Shown here: positions 1-6,499 of the stretch, piece by piece
Layout: each line of letters begins with the position of its first letter
Position numbering within the stretch: the stretch's first letter is position 1
Virus record (IMG/VR): IMGVR_UViG_3300032087_004917
DNA length: 64,000 nucleotides
Source: an uncultured virus (IMG/VR IMGVR_UViG_3300032087_004917)
Lineage: Duplodnaviria > Heunggongvirae > Uroviricota > Caudoviricetes
Reading direction: 5' to 3' (one strand)
The notes under the pieces: generated by a model
The model's input: only the letters and a program-made list of their open reading frames with translations
What the model was told of the DNA's origin: nothing
Databases searched by the model: none
Program-made: the position numbers and the translations under genes

Positions 1-9
1 TTTTTGTGC

Positions 10-37
10 TTGACATTGGCGACTGCTTTTGTAGTAT
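10..37 (+). promoter_or_regulatory. sigma70-type early promoter TTGACA-N16-TAGTAT
   Basis: Perfect -35 at 10-15; -10-like hexamer at 32-37; same 16-nt spacer as three other promoters in the window. Confidence 0.6.
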
Positions 38-59
38 GGTATGTAAAGGATAACTCATA

Positions 60-167
60 ATGAATGGAAACGAATACGACATTATCGAAATGATTGACAT
101 CCTTCGTTGGTACTGGCATCCTGCGTTTTTTGTGATGCTGCTTAGGTATCTTTCAAGTATCGGATAA
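60..167 (+). CDS. 35-aa small hydrophobic protein (MNGNEYDIIEMIDILRWYWHPAFFVMLLRYLSSIG)
   Basis: Read by hand; AAGGA SD upstream; lies between the promoter and the next gene; below the ORF-track cutoff. Confidence 0.5.
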   Translation: MNGNEYDIIEMIDILRWYWHPAFFVMLLRYLSSIG

Positions 168-185
168 ACCACAACGGAGTAAAAA

Positions 186-395
186 ATGAATTGTATTGAT
201 TGTGGAAACGTGATTCCCGCTGCTCGTCTTGAGGCTGTTCCCGGCACTCACCATTGTGTGAAGTGTGTGGACAAGCATATTCCTGAGCGTAAGGGTTACA
301 TGATTTACGGTCACAAGACCGCAGGTGAAATCGTCATGGCGACTGGCAGTGAAAACATTCGTCGCCTTGAACGTGAATACTTTCGGAGTCGCTGA
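186..395 (+). CDS. TraR/DksA-like C4 zinc-finger protein
   Basis: CIDCG-x-IPAARLEAVPGTHHCVKC matches the DksA/TraR C4 finger; GGAG SD. Confidence 0.8.
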   Translation: MNCIDCGNVIPAARLEAVPGTHHCVKCVDKHIPERKGYMIYGHKTAGEIVMATGSENIRRLEREYFRSR

Positions 396-622
396 TGGCA
401 TACGGGATCTGGTGCGTCAAACTAAACAAGTGGATGATCGACGGTTACGATCAAAAAAATAAGCCAATCATTTCACTTTTCAAACTTAGAAAAGAAGCCG
501 CCAAAGAGTGTGAGATTCTAAACCGCGACTGGTACAGACATCCACGGGCAGGGATGAAGTTTAAAATTATCGAAGATTATGTGCCGAAGCCTTATCGCAA
601 AGCACGCAGAAAGACTAAATAA
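395..622 (+). CDS. hypothetical basic protein
   Basis: TGATG overlap with the previous gene. Confidence 0.65.
   Translation: MAYGIWCVKLNKWMIDGYDQKNKPIISLFKLRKEAAKECEILNRDWYRHPRAGMKFKIIEDYVPKPYRKARRKTK
614..621 (+). promoter_or_regulatory. T4-type late promoter (ACTAAATA) for hsp20
   Basis: TAAATA core recurring upstream of many genes; gp55 is present. Confidence 0.65.
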
Positions 623-625
623 TAC

Positions 626-679
626 GGAGTTGCCTAAGTTGGGACTCCACAACTACTCGCTTAACATAAGGAGAAAAAT
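626..679 (+). promoter_or_regulatory. ROSE-like RNA thermometer in the hsp20 5' UTR
   Basis: 5' hairpin GGAGU/ACUCC (626-648), then CUCGCUUA (656-663) pairs with UAAGGAG (667-673) leaving a bulged G, the ROSE U(U/C)GCU hallmark. Confidence 0.65.
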
Positions 680-1090
680 ATGATTACGAGTCTAGGTATC
701 GAAAAGTTTTGGGAACACATCAATGAAATTGAAAGAAACATTGACGCTGGCACAAGTTTCCCACCTTACAACATTATTCGTCACGACGATGAAAACGCAA
801 CGATTGAGTTTGCAGTAGCGGGGTACAAGAAAGATGAGATTGAAATTGTTGTTCACCCCCATCCTCAAAACTATAAAGTTTTGGAAGTTAGTTCTGATCG
901 TGAATCTCCAGAGGGAGAGGACGAAAAGTTTGAACATCGAGGAATCGCTCGCCGCAAGTTCCGCTCTCGACTCCCTCTCACCGAAGATTGGAACGTCACC
1001 GGAGCCTTCTGCGAAGACGGAATCCTCTATGTAAATCTACACAAAATTATTCCAGACGAAAAGAAACCAAAAGTTATTGAGATTTCTTAA
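680..1090 (+). CDS. hsp20: small heat shock protein (Hsp20/IbpA family)
   Basis: FPPYNI, IEFAVAGY, HRGIARRKF and DGILYVNL motifs of IbpA-like sHSPs. Confidence 0.95.
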   Translation: MITSLGIEKFWEHINEIERNIDAGTSFPPYNIIRHDDENATIEFAVAGYKKDEIEIVVHPHPQNYKVLEVSSDRESPEGEDEKFEHRGIARRKFRSRLPLTEDWNVTGAFCEDGILYVNLHKIIPDEKKPKVIEIS

Positions 1091-1112
1091 AAAAATATTC
1101 TCTGTTTTGGAC

Positions 1113-1149
1113 GGCAACGGGGGTCGAAAGGCTCCCGTTGTCTTTTTTT
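1113..1149 (+). terminator. Rho-independent terminator after hsp20
   Basis: GGCAACGGGGGTC-GAAA-GGCTCCCGTTGTC stem followed by a T-tract. Confidence 0.9.
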
Positions 1150-1209
1150 ATACATACTATGTCTTTCGGTAAAGACAAAAACCAAAATACAATTATCAGG
1201 GGATATAGT

Positions 1210-1851
1210 ATGCATAGAACACTGGCGTTATTTTTCACCACGGCTGCACTGGGCGATATCATTGGTGATCCAACGGATTATATGTCATTCAATGTTTGGT
1301 CACAGGATGAGGAAGGTTTCTACGAAGCAAACGTGTCCACAGCAGTATACACCGAACCCGAACAACAGGATGTCGTGGGGCTTCCCGATGGTGCGATGTT
1401 GGTTACGCTTACCATTGAAAACGAATGGTATTCAACAATGGCAATCGAAGACCTCGACATCTACGTTGGGGAAAGCACTTCTGAAATCGCCGCTCTTGTG
1501 ATGCCCGGATACTTTTTTGACAATCCTGATAAAGATAGACTCTTCGATCCTTTTTACAATGCCCCAGACTATGTGGATTTTGCTTACGAGACAGGTCTGT
1601 TCTCATGGGACTGGGGTTTCTCAGACGATACGACCACGGACTCCTTGGCTCCGGGCGAATCGGCAACCGTTTGGATCGTGGCTTGGGCAGACGAATATAC
1701 GACAGCCCCCGCAGTCCTTCAAGGCGAGGGTGGCGTAGCGGTTTTTGAAACTTTCATTCCTGATTTAGAAACCATTCCGATCCCTGCTCCCGGTGCGTTG
1801 ATGGTCGGAAGTATGGGTGTTCTGTTCGGTGGGAGAAGACGCAGAGCCTAA
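1210..1851 (+). CDS. PEP-CTERM (PAPG variant) exosortase-target surface protein
   Basis: Signal peptide from ATG1210 (MHRTLALFFTTAALG); acidic body; C-terminal IPAPGA, TM segment and GRRRRA. Confidence 0.85.
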   Translation: MHRTLALFFTTAALGDIIGDPTDYMSFNVWSQDEEGFYEANVSTAVYTEPEQQDVVGLPDGAMLVTLTIENEWYSTMAIEDLDIYVGESTSEIAALVMPGYFFDNPDKDRLFDPFYNAPDYVDFAYETGLFSWDWGFSDDTTTDSLAPGESATVWIVAWADEYTTAPAVLQGEGGVAVFETFIPDLETIPIPAPGALMVGSMGVLFGGRRRRA

Positions 1852-1854
1852 ATA
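1847..1854 (+). promoter_or_regulatory. late promoter CCTAAATA, 5 nt before ATG1860
   Basis: TAAATA core directly ahead of the capsid-targeting-leader gene block. Confidence 0.7.
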
Positions 1855-1859
1855 AAGGC

Positions 1860-2579
1860 ATGAAGTCCTTTCGTAAATTTATAGTTGAAGAATCTAACGA
1901 TTCTGTTGAGCAGTATTTTCGAGAGTTCGAGGATGCTGTTTCTTCAACACATAAAAGATTTGATGAAAACGGACACACTTTCTTTATTCCTTTAAAGTTT
2001 GGTGACAAGCCCAACAAACTCGTTGCCTCAAATCTTCAAGGCGATGAACCAGCCGGACCTGTCGGCTTGTTGAAGTATGTTAAAGAAAATAAACCGACAG
2101 AAGTAAATGTAACATATCTCCCCATCGTTTCCAAAGAGTCTTACCGCTCTGGAAAACACAATGATGACTCAGATATAAACCCAAATAACAATATTCCAAA
2201 CAATCCCTCCCGTGAGATGAAGAGGCTCCTTGACATCCTTGATAGGTGGCTCCCACTCGCCCGTGACGGCTTCGTAGACCTCCACGAAGATCCGAACAGG
2301 GACGAAGGGTATATGTTCGTCTGGAGCGACTCAGAGGGTCTGGGTGACCGTATGGTGAACATCATCGGAAAGAAATATTCACTTTTACATAATCCATTTT
2401 CCCCAAACCATGCATTTAATGGAAAAATTGAAAAAGATCAACAGGGAATGTTGGGTGATTACCTTGCGACTATAGGAGTCAAACCATCAATGACCACAGA
2501 AACGCCAGCCGGGGGTGGGTTTCCACTTGCGGAGAGGGCTGATGTTCAGGTACAATTGTTAAAGGAGTTTTTAAAATGA
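1860..2579 (+). CDS. M14/succinylglutamate desuccinylase-like zinc carboxypeptidase with capsid-targeting leader
   Basis: QGDEP (HGDEP-like, first His replaced by Gln), FVDLHED, TTETP; N-terminus MKSFRKFIVEE. Confidence 0.7.
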   Translation: MKSFRKFIVEESNDSVEQYFREFEDAVSSTHKRFDENGHTFFIPLKFGDKPNKLVASNLQGDEPAGPVGLLKYVKENKPTEVNVTYLPIVSKESYRSGKHNDDSDINPNNNIPNNPSREMKRLLDILDRWLPLARDGFVDLHEDPNRDEGYMFVWSDSEGLGDRMVNIIGKKYSLLHNPFSPNHAFNGKIEKDQQGMLGDYLATIGVKPSMTTETPAGGGFPLAERADVQVQLLKEFLK

Positions 2580-3277
2580 TGAAATTTAAAGATTTCAAAA
2601 ATGCAAAAGTATTACATGAGGGTGCGTCACAAAAACACCGCATTCACATGAAGCGTCCCACGCCATATTTTAAAGATGTCGAAGGGTTAGAACTCCCCAC
2701 ACCCGCTAAACTTTCTTCGAAAGAAACTGAAATTGAACTCCAAGAAGTGATGGACTCGATGATCATGTCTCCCGAACGACTTGCTTATGAAGTCAAACTT
2801 GATGAAGACTATTTGGAGATGATGAAAGATATCGTTGGTCGTGGTGATTTTGATGTTGCACTTGTGGGTGAACTTAAAAGGCAAATTGATACTTTGACCC
2901 TAAGACAAAAATATCATTTCAATAGACTAAGACCACGCGAAACTGCAAAATTTTATGGTAAGGTTTTAGTCCCACACGTTCGTGTTGATACACCAAGTTA
3001 TCCGAGTAATCACACGGCAGTTGGTTTTGTTGTTGCAGAGGTTCTCTCTCGTCGCCATCCAGACAAGAAAGAGGCACTCTACAAAGTCGCAGAGGATAAC
3101 GCACAGTCTCGTATTAGTCTTGGCGTTCATTTTCCAGAGGACATTGACGCTGGAAAGGATTTTTTCAGGCAGTTGATGGATAGATACATCACACAAGAGC
3201 CACCAAAAGAGGAAGAGGTAAAACAACTTCGTTACAAAGATTTACCTGCACCTGTATATGGAATGGAGGGTTATTGA
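2576..3277 (+). CDS. PAP2/vanadium haloperoxidase-type phosphatase
   Basis: KYHFNRLRP, PSYPSNH and SRISLGVHFPED are the three PAP2 motifs. Confidence 0.88.
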   Translation: MMKFKDFKNAKVLHEGASQKHRIHMKRPTPYFKDVEGLELPTPAKLSSKETEIELQEVMDSMIMSPERLAYEVKLDEDYLEMMKDIVGRGDFDVALVGELKRQIDTLTLRQKYHFNRLRPRETAKFYGKVLVPHVRVDTPSYPSNHTAVGFVVAEVLSRRHPDKKEALYKVAEDNAQSRISLGVHFPEDIDAGKDFFRQLMDRYITQEPPKEEEVKQLRYKDLPAPVYGMEGY

Positions 3278-3513
3278 TGAACCTTGATAAAAGACTGGTT
3301 GAATCTGACCTCAAATTCAAAGGTAAAGAAATGAAAGACCATCTCGATAAGGCAAAGAAAAAACTTATTGACAAATATGGATCTTTGGACGATGTTGATT
3401 ATGGTAAAGCAATGAAAGTTGTTGGAGCCACACTTGCCGCTCGTCTTGCCGCGAGGGGAATGATCAAACGATCATCTGGTGAAAAGAAAAAAGGAAAGTT
3501 GGGTAAGAAATGA
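3274..3513 (+). CDS. hypothetical basic protein, possible internal head protein
   Basis: GGAGG SD, coupled overlaps, LVE putative cleavage site. Confidence 0.65.
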   Translation: MMNLDKRLVESDLKFKGKEMKDHLDKAKKKLIDKYGSLDDVDYGKAMKVVGATLAARLAARGMIKRSSGEKKKGKLGKK

Positions 3514-3740
3514 AAACCTTTAAAGAATACATCGTAGAAAACGATCAGGAGTTACAAGAGGTTATGGGACAATTCAAAGACGCTTCAAAAAAAGCAATGG
3601 AACTTGCACAGAAACTTGGTAAAATGATTACAATCATGCAACACACAAAAGAAGGTGATTACAAGTTTGCAGAAAATAGAAATGAAATCCGAAAACTCGA
3701 ACGAAAGGACTACGAAGTAGTAGATACGGTCGCAGCATGA
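3510..3740 (+). CDS. putative internal head protein
   Basis: MKTFKEYIVE is very close to the T4 IP leaders (MKTYQEFIAE / MKTFKEF). Confidence 0.75.
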   Translation: MKTFKEYIVENDQELQEVMGQFKDASKKAMELAQKLGKMITIMQHTKEGDYKFAENRNEIRKLERKDYEVVDTVAA

Positions 3741-4846
3741 AAACCTTTAAACGATTTATTACAGAAGAAACGTTCCCAGTAAACCAAGGACACGCATATG
3801 AGTTTGTCCTTGCTGCCGCGATGGTTGCTCGTTTTACTGATCGTTTCAATGATGGCTCACCACAATCTCTCACACCCGCATCCGTTGAAGATGTAATGAA
3901 ACAATATTTTGCACTAAATCGCATGTGGGAAGTTGAGGAGGGTGACGATGAGATCGATGTTGTGGAGTTTGATGGTGGGGGTCTTCCACCCGAAGTTATG
4001 TCTGCATTGAATGATGCAAGACTTCGTTCTGGTCCGATTGTTCAAAAAATGATCAAAGATGCAATCGCAGCCGTAAATAAAAACCGATCACTCACCGCAC
4101 TTTCCAATGATGTGATTACAAACGGAAAGCGTGATGAGGTTGAGATTCGTTGTGGAGGAACCACGGGTCAAATGGCTACGAAATCAGACGTTGACGTTTT
4201 TGTTAACGACCGAGTTCAGCGAAAAGTGGGTTTCTCTGTGAAGTATGCCGGAACAAAACAAGCCGGTCAGTTTGCCGGTGTTGATGCAAGCAAAAACTTG
4301 ATTGATGCCTTTGCATCTTTTGGCATGGACATCAAAAGTTTTTCTGGCTTGCGAAAAGTTCGTGATGCGTCCGGGGGTCTTTCAGCACCTTATGTGTCAA
4401 GAGATGATCCTAAGATTGCTGGCGACAAAACTCTTATGTTCGGAGCCGTACAAAGTTTGTTCACGGATGTCATCCGAAAGTTTGACAAAAGGTATGTCGC
4501 TAATGCAGCGAACGCAAAGAAAATTCTTGGTGGATTGTTGAAGGCTAATAAAGGCACAGAGGATGACATCGAATTGATTCGCACCGCAGTTTCATTTGAC
4601 AAAAAGACTTTTGACAAAATTTCAGAATTGGTAGTTGACGCGGCAAAAAATGGTAACGTCGAATGGCGACCGATGGGTGGATCGAATCCAAAGATTGGTT
4701 TCTTTGCCAATGGCACTGAACTTTTCTCATTGCGATTCCGTTATGATTCGGACCCAATCAACAGACAAAAAACTGCGTATCGACCACGGTTTAGATTCTA
4801 CGTCGAAAATGGAAAATACCTCGACGATTTGGCGGCATCCGTATGA
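3737..4846 (+). CDS. PD-(D/E)XK restriction-endonuclease-like protein with capsid-targeting leader
   Basis: QGHAYEF ... KSDVDV ... GFSVK catalytic pattern; MKTFKRFITEE leader. Confidence 0.6.
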   Translation: MKTFKRFITEETFPVNQGHAYEFVLAAAMVARFTDRFNDGSPQSLTPASVEDVMKQYFALNRMWEVEEGDDEIDVVEFDGGGLPPEVMSALNDARLRSGPIVQKMIKDAIAAVNKNRSLTALSNDVITNGKRDEVEIRCGGTTGQMATKSDVDVFVNDRVQRKVGFSVKYAGTKQAGQFAGVDASKNLIDAFASFGMDIKSFSGLRKVRDASGGLSAPYVSRDDPKIAGDKTLMFGAVQSLFTDVIRKFDKRYVANAANAKKILGGLLKANKGTEDDIELIRTAVSFDKKTFDKISELVVDAAKNGNVEWRPMGGSNPKIGFFANGTELFSLRFRYDSDPINRQKTAYRPRFRFYVENGKYLDDLAASV

Positions 4847-6039
4847 GAACTTTCACCACCTTTCTAACTGAACAAAAGAACTTACACCTTGAGCATCTTG
4901 AGGATGAGATGTTTAATCGTGGAGAGGCTGGTGTCAAAGAGGCTATCGCATTTGTAAAGTCTCTAGCGGAAATGCTCAAGGGAAACGCAAAGAGTCCGGT
5001 GGATGTCACGGTCAAGTGGGACGGCGCACCCGCTTTGTTCACGGGAATCAATCCAGAAAATGGAAAGTTTTTTGTTGCAACAAAATCATTGTTTAACAAA
5101 ACGCCAAAGATTAATTACACAAACGCAGATATCGATGCTAATCACAGTGGTGGTCTAGCGGAAAAATTAAAAGTCGCCCTAGCAAATTTAAAAGATTTGG
5201 GCATCACTGGTGTTTTACAGGGTGATATGCTTTACACGAAAGGTGATCTGTCTGCACAAACTATCGATGGTGAGTCAATGGTGACGTTCACACCGAACAC
5301 AATCACCTACGCCGTTCCTGCTGGAAGTGATCTTGCAGGCAAAATCAACTCCTCACAAATGGGGATCGTTTTTCACACCACCTACAACGGCGACACAATT
5401 GAAAATCTCAAGGCATCTTTTGGTGCTGATGTTTCTGGGTTGAGAAAAACAAATAAAGTTTGGTATCAAGATGCGTCTTATAAAGATGTTTCTGGTAGGG
5501 CAACGCTTACATCAAACGAAGAGGCAAGGGTAAGAAAATTAATTGACATCACTGAAAAGAATATCGCAAAGTCTAAAAAAACTTTGAGACAGATTGTAAA
5601 CAGTGACTTGAAAGATTTGATAAAAATTTATCTCAATGCAAATGTCCGTGAGGGTGTTGACAGAGGCACGACCAAAAGTTTTGCCGGATTCATTTCAACA
5701 CGATTTGATTTAAAGATCAAAAAACTCAAAACGGAGAAGGCAAAGGAACGAGTCGTAAAAGAAAAAGAAGTTTTGTTGAAAGAGTTAAGAAGCATGAGTC
5801 GTGACTTGGACGGACTGTTCACCGCACACTATGAGTTGGCGAGGGCTAAAATGCTCATACTAAAAAAATTGCAGGCTTTGAATACCATGCCATCATTTAT
5901 CAAAACTAGCACAGGATATAAAGTAACTGACCCCGAAGGGTTTGTTGCAATTGACAGGTCGGGAAAAGCCGTGAAACTCGTAGATCGTATGGAGTTTTCC
6001 CGAGCAAACTTTAATGTAGCAAAGGATTGGACAAAATGA
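4843..6039 (+). CDS. ATP-dependent ligase-fold nucleotidyltransferase (DUF6267-like) with capsid-targeting leader
   Basis: KWDG (motif I), LQGD (III), PEGFV (IV), VKLV (V); MRTFTTFLTEQ leader. Confidence 0.7.
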   Translation: MRTFTTFLTEQKNLHLEHLEDEMFNRGEAGVKEAIAFVKSLAEMLKGNAKSPVDVTVKWDGAPALFTGINPENGKFFVATKSLFNKTPKINYTNADIDANHSGGLAEKLKVALANLKDLGITGVLQGDMLYTKGDLSAQTIDGESMVTFTPNTITYAVPAGSDLAGKINSSQMGIVFHTTYNGDTIENLKASFGADVSGLRKTNKVWYQDASYKDVSGRATLTSNEEARVRKLIDITEKNIAKSKKTLRQIVNSDLKDLIKIYLNANVREGVDRGTTKSFAGFISTRFDLKIKKLKTEKAKERVVKEKEVLLKELRSMSRDLDGLFTAHYELARAKMLILKKLQALNTMPSFIKTSTGYKVTDPEGFVAIDRSGKAVKLVDRMEFSRANFNVAKDWTK

Positions 6040-6272
6040 AAAAAGGTGATGGTAGAAGATTTGAAGAAAAGTTTCAGGATGATTTGAGAGATGCTCTTCT
6101 TCTCATCTGTGGATTTTTAGGGAGGTTTATCGTGAGAGTAGGAAACGCATTTAAACTTGTTTGGAGAGGACTTTGTTGGTTTGTTGAAGAAACTAAGCCT
6201 GCACCAAAGCCACAACCAGTAAGAAAGACTCGTAAAAAAGTCACATCTAAGAAAAAAACATCTACTAAATAA
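6027..6272 (+). CDS. hypothetical membrane-associated protein (start may be ATG6036)
   Basis: Hydrophobic stretch and Lys-rich tail. Confidence 0.55.
   Translation: MDKMKKGDGRRFEEKFQDDLRDALLLICGFLGRFIVRVGNAFKLVWRGLCWFVEETKPAPKPQPVRKTRKKVTSKKKTSTK
6264..6271 (+). promoter_or_regulatory. late promoter ACTAAATA
   Basis: TAAATA core ahead of the small ORF and the 753-aa gene. Confidence 0.65.
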
Positions 6273-6308
6273 AGAGGTCACGCCGACCAAAAGCACAAGG
6301 AGATTTAA

Positions 6309-6431
6309 ATGGATTTTGTAACAACCACTTACGGATTTATCGCTCACACACTTATTAGTTTTACACTTGGTGCTTTGATTGGCAAACCCATGTTTGAATG
6401 GCTCAGAACTTATCTCCCGTGGAATAAGTAA
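6309..6431 (+). CDS. 40-aa single-TM protein (MDFVTTTYGFIAHTLISFTLGALIGKPMFEWLRTYLPWNK)
   Basis: Read by hand; AAGGAG SD; follows a late promoter. Confidence 0.75.
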   Translation: MDFVTTTYGFIAHTLISFTLGALIGKPMFEWLRTYLPWNK

Positions 6432-6499
6432 ACTGTAGTTCATGACCAGATGTGGGTGGTGACCATACACAATAACCAGACCGAGGAGGTGATCGACTT

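Noticed and set aside
1138..1209. Longer N-terminus for the PEP-CTERM protein (TTG1138)
   Set aside because: The start lies inside the hsp20 terminator; the signal peptide begins at ATG1210
6432..6499. Possible ncRNA or riboswitch before the 753-aa gene
   Set aside because: Only a weak hairpin (TGTG-G-GTGG/CCAT-A-CACA) and a very strong SD; no family recognised
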